Source of the DNA: Nemertoderma westbladi | Lineage: Eukaryota > Animalia > Xenacoelomorpha | Assembly (NCBI GenBank): GCA_032718475.1 | Contig: JAUCBJ010006451.1 | Span: 1-41,983 of the forward strand | DNA: 41,983 bases | Reading direction: 5' to 3' | Part shown: positions 1 to 11,546 of the stretch, in pieces | Layout: the number at the start of each line of letters is the position of its first letter | How positions within the stretch are numbered: the first letter of the stretch is position 1 | Notes under the pieces: model-generated | Told to the model about the DNA's origin: nothing | Seen by the model: the letters and a program-made list of their open reading frames with translations, nothing else | Databases searched by the model: none | Translations under genes and position numbers: made by a program

Positions 1-596
1 ACTGATCGCTCGTGCTGCATACATAGTGTTAATAGATTATAATTACTAGTTGGGGAATAATATTGCTGTACTAAGGACGCACACACGCGCACTAGATGAA
101 CCGAATCCATTACAGACAGGGCGCAGTCAGCACTAACCGTGTGGAAATCGAGTTGGTTTGATCTCTGGTCTTGTATATTCATCAACAATAGTAAAGCAAT
201 AATAGTAATTAATAATAATGCAACATACCGCAAGTCAATAATGTAACACAGCGAGCAATTAATTAATGTATGCAACGAGCAGGTGAAATATTACGAGTCC
301 TGCAAATTACACAACTCGTAGTGGGCTTAGATGTTATCAAGTTATGCCTAGAGAGTAATGGCATGAACATCGACTATATAAACAAGTAACACTGCAAATA
401 GAACAGCCAATAAGGCGTAAGAATATTGCAAGAATGGCAGCCAATAGGAGCCTTAGAGTTACGGCAACCGATGCTAAGCAACGGACAAACAATCTCAACA
501 GTGATATACAGCACAGATTTGGCACGAAATATTATGTGCTTAGATATTGAATAATTCTCTGATAAAATATAAGATTTCGATATACAGCGAAAGCAG

Positions 597-995
597 TATG
601 CAGCAAAAGCGACAGTGGTAGCGCTGCACGTGCAGCCAGATGCCGCAACGGTAGCAATCCACTCGCAGCTACTGTAGATATGCGGCACTGGTAGTGCTGC
701 ACATGCAGCTAGATGTGACAGTGGTAGCGCCGCACGTGCAGCTAGATGCAGCAGTGGTAGCGCTGCATGTTAAGCTAGATGCGTCAGTGGTAGCAGTACA
801 CGTGCAGCTAGATGCCGCAGTGGTAGCGCTTCATGTGCAGCTACTGTAGATGCGACAGTGGTAGCGTTGCAAAATGCAGCTAGATGCCACAGTGGTAGCG
901 CTGCACAGCACATGCAGCTAGATGCAGCAGAGGCAGCACTACACGTGGAACCACTGTAGATGCGGCAGTGGTAGTGCTGCACCATGCAGCTAGAT
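597..995. repeat. Degenerate ~33-bp minisatellite (consensus approx. CAGTGGTAGCGCTGCACGTGCAGCTAGATGCNN), about 11-12 units
   Basis: CAGTGGTAGC recurs at 719, 752, 785 and 818 (33-bp period) with more diverged units either side; a separate 30-bp direct repeat (CAGATGTAAGTAAAGCA.CCAAT) follows at ~1001-1053. Confidence 0.8.
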
Positions 996-1172
996 GAGCG
1001 CAGATGTAAGTAAAGCAACCAATCATAGAGCAGATGTAAGTAAAGCAGCCAATGAGGACGCACCTTTGTTGACGTCGCACGAGGCTAGTTATAGCTCACC
1101 TAATGTTTTTCAATGGTAGCCAATGTGGCGCCATTGAATAACGACATCAAAGGCGGCTTGCAGCTTAATTAA

Positions 1173-1572
1173 TGTTATGACCCTGGGGTTATAATAGAGG
1201 TACAGTAGGTCCGATGCAATAAAGGGCACATAATGCAATTGGTAAAGGATTAGTAAAGCCTATTGGATGAGGGGGAGGGGCGCTTGGATACAGTTTGGGA
1301 GGTATGAGTAATTAGGAAAATCAGAGGGGAGGTGTCACTTAATGACACCCGTTTGGCCAGCTCGGTGATAGTTGGACATCACTGATGACCCATTGGGTGT
1401 CCAAGCGCTAATCAGTGTGATTAATTAGGGTAAGCAATTAAACCCTAATTAGAAGTCATAAGACACCTATTGGGGATTAATTGATCATTAATTGAATATA
1501 GGCCTACTAATTAATTTATGACACCTGTGAATTAGGGTCTAATTAGACTAATTGGGAGGTATCACCCCGACA
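1173..1572 (+). mobile_element. Possible LTR remnant
   Basis: 400-bp segment bounded by TGT...ACA and followed after 3 nt by TGGCGCC (PBS-like). No TSD, second LTR or gag/pol seen, so weak. Confidence 0.25.
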
Positions 1573-1844
1573 GTCTGGCGCCAATGACACCCTTTGGGTG
1601 CTATGACTCACCGATGAGTCATGAGTGTGGTCTAAGTGATCAGGCAGCGAGCTCAGCAATTAGGGGACATTTCGGACTAACGGTAGCTCGACATGGAATA
1701 GACGTCACAATATTTACAGGGGTAAAACCGTGGAAAATGAACTCGCATGAAACGGAGGTGGTTTTGCTCCATTCAAGATTTTGGAACCAGTTCGTAGAAC
1801 CAACATTACAAGCAGGTTCGGATATATTACCATGTAGCTCAATA

Positions 1845-2095
1845 GTACAAAACATCGGCCAAATTATAGATTCACATCTTACTCTTGAAAAGTGTCCCGA
1901 ATAGTAAGAGAATCATACTATCATCTTCGCAATCTAAACAGAGTACTGTACGTGGCAATTTCACCAAAGCCTGATTTTGCGGTATTAATACACGCATCAT
2001 TAATCTCCAGCAAACTCGATAACAACTATTCCTTGCTAATGTACTGTATATGGTTTACCTCATGTTTACCTCATGGTTTACGTAAAAACAAATAG
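1845..2095 (+). mobile_element. Decayed L2/CR1-group LINE ORF2 C-terminal fragment
   Basis: Frameshifted translation NIGQIIDSHLTLEK / SRIVRESYYHLRNLNRV..DFAVLIHASLISSKLDNNYSLL..YGLP matches the L2-type consensus LG..D..L....I......YHLRNI.RIR...LIHA...S.LDY.NSLL.GLP. Confidence 0.75.
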
Positions 2096-3173
2096 TGCGC
2101 ATGTTGGATAAAAATTGCGTTAACATGCAAATCACTCCAGTGATGCAAATAATAATTAGCAAAAAACAACCCTGTCGGATGGATAATGTATACAATTATT
2201 GTATATAGTTTGGCATTCCGTAAAAATAATTTTTTTTGAAATTTTTTTTATTTTTGTTTCTAATTAGTCTATTTACTGTAGTACAGAAATGCATTTGAAA
2301 TATTTTTGATTGATGTAAAACATAATTCAGGCTGGAAAATGGAAACAATATTGAGGTTTTGCAATTTGCGCATTTAAATCAAACTTTTTAAATTTAAACA
2401 ATATAATAAATACTTTGATAAATCTAAACGCTTTTACATTAGCGGTCGGTATATAACAGAGGCTACATCTTTGCAGTAAATATAACACTGTAGGAATAGG
2501 CTTTAATACTCCAACATTTCGCCCTCTCTATGCCTGTAATTTTTATCTCCTAGATCTTAGATCCCTTGGGCAATTGCACCCCCCCCCCCCCCCCCCCCCA
2601 AGCCTAAGTTCATTCCACTCTAATTCCATTGTCTTGTACAGTATACTCTTAGCGTTCTACATCTACACTACAGTATAACAAGAGAGGGGCCTCCATGAAG
2701 CAGAATCTGGAAAGCCATCTCAGCGAACAATTATAATTATTATAATATGGATATGTTATTCTGATATTGGCTTCCGACAAACACACACACACTGACACAA
2801 CACCCAGACTTTTGGAAACGGCCATAGTATAATTAAAGCAGTTCGCTGATGGCTCGCAACTCGCCCCATATTCTTTTTCAGTAGCGACGATGGGGCAACA
2901 AAGCAAACAATAGCTAAAACTACAGTATCTGAGTATAGTCCAGTAGTCTGACATTACAGCAGTAGACCTGCCTAAGTGACGTGGCAGGGATGGTAGCAAT
3001 CTACAGGTCTACCGGTATGTCTACCTGTCTACTGCAGTACTGGTCTAGCTACAGTCATATAGTACGAGTACAAGCATGGCCTACGTACAGGAGTATTAAT
3101 TGGAGTACCGGTGACAAGTAGGTAGCCGAATCTGCGAATACTGGAATAAAGTTAGTCTGTTAGCTGGTTACAG

Positions 3174-3218
3174 GGTTAGTGCTGTAGTGTCTGAGACTCA
3201 GACACTACAGCACTAACC
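3174..3218. repeat. Perfect 22-bp-arm palindrome at the truncated end of the hAT element
   Basis: GGTTAGTGCTGTAGTGTCTGAG-A-CTCAGACACTACAGCACTAACC; arms 3174-3195 and 3197-3218. Confidence 0.95.
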
Positions 3219-3574
3219 AGTATTACTAGATTGGCCTTACGTCCGTGCGACATTGAGCACCGAAATGCAGTTAATATTCGTGCGAGGGCACTGAATGATG
3301 CTTCGCAGGTTGCTGATGAAGAACCAAACGTTAATCCTGCCGCTACCAATCGGTATGCATTGGGGAAGGCATCCCGATAAGGGTACATGGTTGATACAAT
3401 CAACGAAAGGTTACTCTTATCTTCTCCCTTCAGTTTGTTTTTGATGAAAGTTCTTCCAGTTTTGATCTCGTCCATGTGATCTTCAATTCGTATCCCACAT
3501 AATGAGGCGAGTGGCTGGATCTCTCCTGGAGTTACACATTGTCCCAGATTTCCACAAACTCCAATTGCAGTTAG
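3218..3574 (-). CDS. hAT transposase exon 4 (hAT C-terminal dimerisation domain), truncated
   Basis: Acceptor TTTGCAG|; AFPNAYRL..AGLTFGSSSATCEASFSALARI....RCSMSHGRKANLVIL, then runs into the palindrome (read-through stop at 3176-3178). Confidence 0.85.
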
Positions 3575-4043
3575 CTGCAAAGGGCAAATTGTATATGTTA
3601 ATGTTGTTAGTGTTGTTAATGTTGTTATATTTCTGAAAACAAATGGAGTTGGAAATCTGAAATTTTCTTATAAAAAAAGTTATACCATGTATATTTTTGA
3701 GTTACGTCGGTTTTTCTGGGTTCTGATTTCGATGGAATAAATAATAATTGCACTCTCAAACGTGTATTTTTCGGGGGTGGGTGCAAAATTTTGTTATAGT
3801 TCCAAATTTTACGCCAAAAAATACAACTTGCAATGAGCATTCGAAATGTATGCATGCAAAATAAAAATCGGGGTTCGTAGGGGAGGGTGGGGGGGGGGGG
3901 GGGGGGTGTCATTATTGACCCACACCCCTGATTTTTATTTTGCATGATATCTATACAACTTATAGCCCAGTATTAGAAGTTAAATAAAATAATAATCTAA
4001 TAATAATCTAATATACTAATAAGTCCGAACAAACTAAACTTAC

Positions 4044-4209
4044 AATATCGCTCTTGCCTCCAAACCGAGCCTCCATCTCCGTAATAATGAGGTCTAGAAT
4101 TTCACTATAGGTCTGCTTGAAATTATCCTTCGCAGAGACATCACGGGAACAATGCGAACTTGGTCTGGATCCGGATCCTAGAGTCTCATATGCCACAGAG
4201 TCCGATAAT
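4044..4209 (-). CDS. hAT transposase exon 3
   Basis: Acceptor TTTGTAG|, in-frame join STR-LSDSVAYETLG...YSEILDLIITEMEARF; donor ATT|GTAAGT, phase 0. Confidence 0.8.
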
Positions 4210-4495
4210 CTACAAATACATTTTACATTTAAATTATTAACCTCATGTTTTGTAATATTACTAGAGGTGGGCTACACTGGGGTTTATTTTGGTGACCTCC
4301 TCAGATTCGCACTCACAAATATAGATGTGTTCCTTAAAAATCATTTTTATAAAATTAACCCACATTCCCGTTAATGCCTTAACATTTTTTAATTTATTAT
4401 TAATAAAATTGTCAAAATTCAAATCAGAAATATGACATAAATGATTCAAAGGTCCACCATGTGGAACGTAATCAACAATTACAAAAATGTCTAAC

Positions 4496-5795
4496 CTTGT
4501 GCTAGTTACATGAACGCGCCTTTTTCTTGATCTGCAATCATCGTCATTGGTTGGGACATAAATCTCGCTGAAGAATTTACTGTTGCGTAGATCCTTAATG
4601 CATTTCAGGCATTCTAGAACAACTTCGGAACCTGAGAGCAAATCCATTGACTTTGACTGTAGAGCATCATTGGCTGGTTTCAATAAGCTAAGAATCTTGA
4701 AGCACAGTTTAGACATGAACATGAACTTAGATTCTCTGATCTTCATTAGTAGACCAGTAGCCTCCACAGAAATATCAGTTTCTGAGCAATCGGCACAGGA
4801 TTTGAGAAGATTGGTTATCTCTTCAAAATTGTATAATATAGTCTTAGTTGTCTGTAAATGTCCAGACCACCTCTGTTCGAGAAGGCGATGGAGTTTAGCA
4901 CCATCATACAGAGCAGCGACCTTGGGCTTCCTAGTGAAGTTATACAAGACTGAACAAAGTTCAAAGTAATTTCTAGCCCATAGATTCTCTTGCAGTGCAT
5001 GCACAACCACCAAGTGCAATTGGTGATTATAGCAGTGTACATATGGAATGCTTTTACCTACAGCATCCTGCAGTAATGCCTGCACCCCTCCATGCTTACC
5101 AGACATTACAGCAGCCCCATCGTAACACTGACAGATAATATTACTCGGATCTAAACCAGATGACTTCAGTTCCTCCATAATGGCATTAGTTAACGACTTG
5201 GCATCAAGTTCGACAACCTTTGCAATTTCCAGGAGGTGCTCCTCAACCACGCCAACCTTAACGAAACGCACAACAATACTCAAATCCTCAATTCCAGTTG
5301 GGTCACGTGTTCCATCGACTTTCAAAGTAAAGTATGGCACATCTGCTGTCTTTACCATATCTACTATATGTTCCTTAACCAGGTTTGCCATTACATTAAT
5401 AACCTCATTTTGAATTCCTGGCGAAGTGTATGTGGCCACGTTGGGGATTGTCTTGTATATATCTCTCAACTTATCATCCTTTCTCATAGTGAATTCAAAA
5501 AGACGGAGGAATAAACCACATGGCAATCCATTGCTGTCCAATTCTCCAGTGTCGCAGTCTAATGTAGTTATACATTGTCTTATATTATCTTCCTTATCAC
5601 CGCGCAAGGGGAGACCATTTACCGTAAGAAATCGCACAATGTCTATAATGGAAGAAAGGTAGTACCGATTCTTCTCCAACTGGGCGTCATTGACTAACGT
5701 ACTCACTGATAGGTTGCTCTTTTCACGCAACTGTCGCTCTGACCACGCAGCCATTGCATTAACATGCTCCACAGAGCACTCATGTTGAGCAAAGC
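4496..5795 (-). CDS. hAT transposase exon 2 (DUF4371-like region and catalytic core)
   Basis: Acceptor TTTTTATCTCTATAG|; the join reads RG-FAQHECSVEHVNAMAAW. Motifs GLPLRG, YTSPGIQNE, VDGTRD, QCYDGAAVMSG, HCYNHQLHL, EQRWS. Donor AG|GTTAGA, phase 2. Confidence 0.9.
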
Positions 5796-5893
5796 CTATA
5801 GAGATAAAAAAAACACATTAAAATATATTTTTTATACCGTAAAATATATTTTTTATAACGGTAATACAGTAGGAGTAGAGGTATGTGTTCACA

Positions 5894-5989
5894 TACTACT
5901 ACTACTAGGATCGGCAATCGGCATGCTGCATTGCAGCTGCATTACAGGTAGATGACATATAATAAGAATGCTTGTCGACAAAATGGCAC
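5894..5989 (-). mobile_element. 3' tip of the RTE-clade LINE with (TAG)n tail, inside hAT intron 1
   Basis: TACTACTACTACTAGGATCGGC..ATGCTGCATTGCAGCTGCATT..AAGAATGCT..TCGACAAAAT matches the ends at 14141 and 33214. Confidence 0.85.
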
Positions 5990-6473
5990 AAATTTCGGTC
6001 ATTGCTTTGGTTAGAAAATAAGGAGGCATATTATGTAATAAAAACATTCGCCATGGGGGTTTTCCAGGTCGCTGATTTCATTTCTGATGTCAGTTTCCAC
6101 GACTGACCAACACTAGGATGTATCTGTCTTTGTCTGTATGTATGTCTGTTTGTCTGTCAGTTTGTCTGTCAAAAAATAAGGAAGCATATTATATCCAATA
6201 TTATATATGTTTCTACAGTCTGTATCTGAATAATGAACTAATGCAATACATCAGTATAATCAGAATAATATATAAATAAGATAAATAAATAAATAATAAA
6301 TAAAATAAGTAAGGTCTAACTATAGTAGTATGTAAGTAGACTGGCTACTGCCTGCAGTTGCCAGACAGTGGGCCATTTTGCACCATTAACACATCTAAAT
6401 GCACGGAGTATTCAAAAATCATCTATAGAATGGGCTGGATTGACTGGCACTGGACAGGAAACGATAGGAACTC

Positions 6474-6545
6474 ATGTCTCAACAGTTGAGACATAGCGCA
6501 GTATGTCATGTCTCAACTGTTGAGACATAGGGTTGAAAGGGTTAA
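6474..6545. mobile_element. Orphan piggyBac-like terminus with two 21-bp subterminal palindromes
   Basis: ATGTCTCAAC(A/T)GTTGAGACAT at 6474-6494 and 6508-6528, then AGGGTTGAAAGGG|TTAA (piggyBac-type CCC/GGG end plus TTAA). Partner end not found. Confidence 0.5.
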
Positions 6546-6970
6546 ATGTGTTGAAAGAGCATTGACGTAGAAAAGGTTTACACGTCATTTGAGCAAAATC
6601 CATTCAGACACTCAGAAGTTACTGTAACTTAGTGTCTGCACAGCGTTCTCCAAAACGGAACTCAATATCCAATATTGGTTTATGTTGTTAAGTGGCTCTC
6701 TAGTTACATAATAAATATTCGAGAACACTAAATTATTTAACATTGAGTAATTAACATTAACATTTAGTTTTTTTTCAATATTCTCTCGACCCTTTATTAA
6801 CCTCGCTGGCGCTCGGTAAATAAAATGCCTCGAGAATAGTGAAAAAATATTTCTACTATAATAAATAATTATTATGATACAGCAGCGTAGATCTGTAGAT
6901 AAATTAATTAAATCAGCATATTAGTCCATGTGAAGTTACCAAATATGTTATTACTATTATCGCTACTCAC

Positions 6971-7370
6971 CTCTTCCACATTCCAAAGCTTTTTTCCAAT
7001 TTCGATAACCCAACTTAAAGGCATTATCATAAAGTCCACCTCGCATATCTTTATTACCCTGTGGGAATATCCGACAACAGAAACAAAATGCCGCGTCTTT
7101 AGTAACGGAGTATTCAAGCCAAGGTCGCCCATTATACCACTGTGGTAGAAAGGAACGGGAAATCTTACCAAATTGTGTGGATGGGAATTTCTGGCCGTTG
7201 TTTGGCAGTGGCTGCGAAGGTTTAGAACTTCCCAAATCATCAGCTTCCTGTTCAACAAGCGTTGTTTGGGGAGGTGTCTCAGATGATAACGATTGCACCG
7301 ATAACGATTGCGCATGCACAGCCTCAGCAACAGATACACGTAAAGGTGAAAAATAATTTAAAATCGACAT
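6971..7370 (-). CDS. hAT transposase exon 1 (TTF-type zinc finger)
   Basis: MSILNYFS...RSFLPQWYNGRPWLEYSVTKDAAFCFCCRIF...GYRNWKKA; donor AG|GTGAGT at 6971/6970, phase 1. Confidence 0.85.
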
Positions 7371-8284
7371 TGATAGTCCAGTAGTAGTACACGGTAAGAA
7401 ATTAATAGAAATAGAAATAACAGAATCTGAGAAACAAAATGCAGAAAAGTGTCAAGGCAAGCAATAAACAATATGAAGCTAAGCTGCTAAGTCAGTAAGT
7501 GCTGAAGTGAGAGTTATTTTTATGAAGTAAGATGCCAGTATAACAGGTATAATCCAGTAATCAATATTGGTGTGTAATATGGGAAGTTGCACACTTGGAT
7601 AACACTGTAATGTAACAGCCCAAGAACCCTCAGCACTCAGCCTATTAGCTGGCTTCTAAACTACAGACCAATTAGTCACCCACCATTGAATATAGAACAG
7701 CCCCTGGTAGCCAATGAGATGAGAGACCTTTGAGCTTGTATAGTAATAATTATATTGAGCTGCAACACATAGTGTAATTGAATCACAACCAATAAAGAAG
7801 AGCAGAGGCTGCCAACAACATAATTAATATACACAAAACCATGCAATGTAATTCGGCTCAGGACAGGCTCAGGCTAGACTGGGTTGGGGAGGGGGCAATA
7901 CCAGTACCTGCCGCTGCCAGCAGCCATTATAATTGGGCCAAATGGGATGTCAGTGGATAGAAGTGGTATGTGCGTGCGTAACCGCCAAATATTATTATTA
8001 ATCATTGTGAATGTGAACAAAACGTTTCCGTCTGCTGAACATTTGCATAAACTCAAGCAGTGGTTATAGTTGGGCTTCTTTTTGGGTTACTGTGAAACTT
8101 GTCTGGGGGGGCAATGAGACTTGTCTGGGGGGGCAGTGCCCCCAAAGCCCCCCCCACGATACGGGCCTGGTCTGAGTGTACTGCTGTACTGGTGTTGTTG
8201 GGCAGTTTTCAGTTGGGTGAAGTTAGGTGATTCAGTGATTAGGCAGACGGTGGATGGGCCTACCACTCCTACCAGTGACCGGTA

Positions 8285-9563
8285 GGGGAAAGTCTGAAAG
8301 TGGGGGAATTAGAAACACTTTTTGGATTTTAAAAAATTAAAAGTGCCCTCATTTCTACACAAACATTCATAGAGGAAATATAACTATAGATTTAGAATCA
8401 TGCATCTCTCTGCTAACAATAGAACATCCTATCTCGTCTGCCTATCACTATCGGTAGTGACAGGCAGACGATATTTTTTTAAAGTCGAGATTGTTTCCAT
8501 GGTACCCCACAATGCAGCAATGGGGTAAATCTAAATGGAAACAGGGTTTGCCTCCCAATAGTTAAATCAACCAGAAATTCACATGGGGTACCGGTAATTG
8601 GAATATTTCTAATTACCACATGGGAATGTAGATTAAATTGCGCACAATTTGATATATAACATGTCTATGTTGCCACTTGCCACATATGTTTAATATTTAA
8701 AGTGTCTCACAAACTTCAAAAATTTACAGAGATATGCATGTTTGTGAATACTGGAATAAATGACATCCAGCAACAATATGGATATATGAAAACTAATTAG
8801 CTCTTTATATAACTAAATTAAACTTAATTTATTTAAATTAAAAAGAATTAGCTTAACTTAAATTAAAATGAGAATTTCTTGTTGGTACAGCACAGCCCCA
8901 TTCCCGCTTTTCCTACTACAGTACTACCACCAGCAGACCAGATATTGGGCCAATGTTTCCTCGTTGGCTTATCCGAGAAAACATCTACGCACCTGACCTA
9001 TATAATTAGGATCACTACGGTATATTTAGGCCTAAGTTTCTTGTTCCCAGAGAGTACTCCCAGGAATTCCAAAGGTATATGCAGCCTCCCGAATAGTGGC
9101 ATAAGGCCGCATAGCCACTGAAAATGGTGCTTTAAGGCAGCAGATAGATTCCATAGAGTATGACTGTATGACGCCCAGGGCCCAGGCAACGCAGGCAGCC
9201 ATGAAGTTAATTAATTAAATGAAGTTAATTTAATTAGGTTGTCTACTCAATAGATGACATAATAAGTTTTAAATTAAGCTATTGCTTAAGATTATTGGAA
9301 TACGACATCGCTCACAATCCATTTGTGAAGTTGCTAAAAAATCATCGAAAATTTGATTTTTTTTCATCTTTTATACAATCAGCCATTTGACAATGAAGAA
9401 GTGAAAATAAACGCCATATTCCTTCCTATTGGAAAAATAATCACCAATAATTTATCTCAATAAACATCAAAATTTCAAGTCTATACATACAAAAGCATGC
9501 ATGTAGTAGCCATTCAGCCATTGCTTCTAATTACCCCATGTTTCTAATTCCCCCACCTTCCCC
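8285..9563 (-). mobile_element. Non-autonomous pogo-like (Tc1/mariner) element with TA TSD
   Basis: TA|GGGGAAAG..GTGGGGGAATTAGAAACA ... TGTTTCTAATTCCCCCACCTTCCCC|TA. Minus-strand remnant at ~9040-9170, QSYSMES...TIREAAYTFGIPGSTL, resembles the psq-type HTH of pogo transposases. Confidence 0.8.
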
Positions 9564-9629
9564 TAGTCAGGTAGTCAGTAGGCCTAAGTAGTACGACTTT
9601 ACGACATACCGTAGCTGATTACCGCAGCC

Positions 9630-10061
9630 ATGGATAGCGTGAATAACGCAGTAGTTATACCCAACTCGAATAGACGAATACTAACATTACAGGAAATTTG
9701 TTACGCATGTGTCACCCGGACAATAGCAAAAGTAATTGTAACCGCCGAATATCAGAAAAAATCTCTCGATATTACTGCTGTCTGTAATTGGCTAGCGTTG
9801 ACTGCACCCAGACTTCGGATGGTCATGAGAAAATATATACTGCGTTCCTACATATTGGCGTTTAATCAACTGGCATTTCTATATAACAAACAACCTCCAA
9901 AGCCCGAGCAACCCGCCCTACTACCTGACTGGAATTGGAATACTTACAGGTTTGAGTGGAGATCTGTGGCGCGCTCTTACCAGCTTGCACAGCCTGAAAT
10001 GCGGCGCGGCGCGATTTTACGCAAATACCGAAATACAAACACACCATGTGCCATGTCCTGA
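9630..10061 (+). pseudogene. Putative N-terminal part of a BC-box-containing LRR protein
   Basis: 143-aa ATG-initiated ORF with good context (GCAGCCATGG); ILTLQEICYACV resembles an Elongin BC-box ([STP]LxxxC). Same strand as, and 1.5 kb upstream of, the LRR ORFs. Confidence 0.45.
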
Positions 10062-10089
10062 TGTCTCAGAATATAGTGTCGTAGTTCAG

Positions 10090-11081
10090 TGACACGCCCC
10101 CCACACACCACACCCCCCTTCCCCTAATTTTTCTACAAATCTTCATGAGATTGCATGAAATTTGAAAGAGATAGTTTCACCTCCCGACCACTGACTGGGT
10201 AAGCCAGAATTTATATTTTTGATTTCAATCGTTTGCTACAAGCGTTTAAAAAAAGTGTCTCCGGCGATATTACACCAATCCCACCACAGTCAGTAGTGGC
10301 GTGGTGGGACCCAGTGAGGGGCCCTGGAAATCCCAAAATATGGGCCCATTCATAAATTCATAATGACAGATAACCTCGAATTTTGACCACCCCCACCCCC
10401 ACCCCAGGCAGCCAGGGCAATACACAATATATTTATTTTCACTTTTTGCGGCGAAGTTTCGATTTAGTTATAGTTCTAGCAAGGCTTTAAATGTGGAGAT
10501 TCCTTTGCAATGTTTTTAAATTATAACAGATAGTTCAAATTCCTCGGTCCAACATCAGGTGAAAAACGGAACTCCTCCTGGGTTGGCGAGATAGAATTTG
10601 TAGATATGTAGGTATCTGCAATATGCAGATATGAGCATTCAAATGTTGCATTGTTTTACACTTCTGCACGCGAGGCTATTTTATTATATTTAATAATTTT
10701 TAAACGAAATTCAGATTGTGTTACATATTAGGAAAATCCTTGCAGTGTTTTTTAAACGTTTTTAGCTAAAAAAAAAGTGAGACCTTATTTGAACGCTCAT
10801 AGCTCACCTATTTTTCAACGAAATTCAAATTGTGTTACATTTTTGGAATCCTTGCATGGTCAGCTTTCCATTGGTACCAACAAGCAGCTATAAGGTAGAA
10901 GAATAACTGCGGTAGGATGGGTGTAATATCGCCGGAGACACTTTTTTAACGCTTGTATCTAAAGATTGAAAGCAAAAATAAAAATTCTGGCTCACCCAGG
11001 CAGTGGTCGGGAGGTGAAACTATCTCTGTTTCAAATTTCATGCAAAATTTCATTAAGATTGGTAGAAAAATTAGAGTGTCA
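10090..11081. mobile_element. MITE / non-autonomous DNA transposon with ~170-bp imperfect TIRs
   Basis: 10125-10290 (TAATTTTTCTAC..AGTTTCACCTCCCGACCACTG..GTGTCTCCGGCGATATTACACC) is inverted at ~10906-11073; internal ~47-bp direct repeat at ~10697 and ~10811. Outer ends and TSD uncertain. Confidence 0.85.
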
Positions 11082-11546
11082 GAAATATGTCAAACAAAAT
11101 GTCCTACTATCGACCGGTACTGTTAAATGTTTAACTCATTGGACTCGATTTCTAATTTAATTTCTCTCCAATCTCTTTAAACACAGCCAATAAATTTGAA
11201 AATACTGTACTTTTCGTTCAGTACCAGTAATATATTATTATATGATATTCATGACAACAAGTCACTTAAGAGTTAAGACTATAGTTGATGATACCATCTA
11301 TGAACTAACTTTACACAACAACCAAAATACAACCAAAAATAAGTCCCTGGAGGCCCCACACCCAACTAAACACCTAAAAAAATGTAATTTTGAAATATAA
11401 TAACAAAAAAACTGACTACGATATAACTAATATAATTATATAATATAATACTTTTCAGTACTGCTGTACTCAAGTTGAATTCGTGGTTCTTGAACTAGTG
11501 TTGCAGTGCAGCGCACTAAAATCTAACTGCCGGCGCGTTCTGTGGC

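Larger units (their letters stand above)
3219..8169 (-). mobile_element. hAT DNA transposon (ZMYM1-like transposase); 5' terminus present, 3' terminus lost
   Basis: Minus-strand terminus CAGGCCCGTATCGTGGGGGGG starting at 8169, with subterminal repeats TGCCCCCCCAGACAAGT; flanked by GTCTGAGT (8170-8177); spliced transposase inside; no matching TIR seen on the left. Confidence 0.85.

Noticed and set aside
337-1080. Cys/Ala/Ser-rich minus-strand ORFs
   Set aside because: Translations of the 33-bp minisatellite, broken by frameshifts; no domain recognised.
4261-4495. C-terminal ~78 aa of the 503-aa ORF
   Set aside because: Read-through into an AT-rich intron; hAT similarity resumes in frame at 4209 after a GT-AG splice.
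4117-5662. Plus-strand ORFs overlapping the hAT transposase
   Set aside because: Antisense shadows of the real coding exons with no recognisable motifs.
6040-6185. Helentron/HINE-like fragment with GTCT microsatellite in hAT intron 1
   Set aside because: Only the microsatellite and a generic repeat-like motif are visible; diagnostic subterminal inverted repeats not identified.
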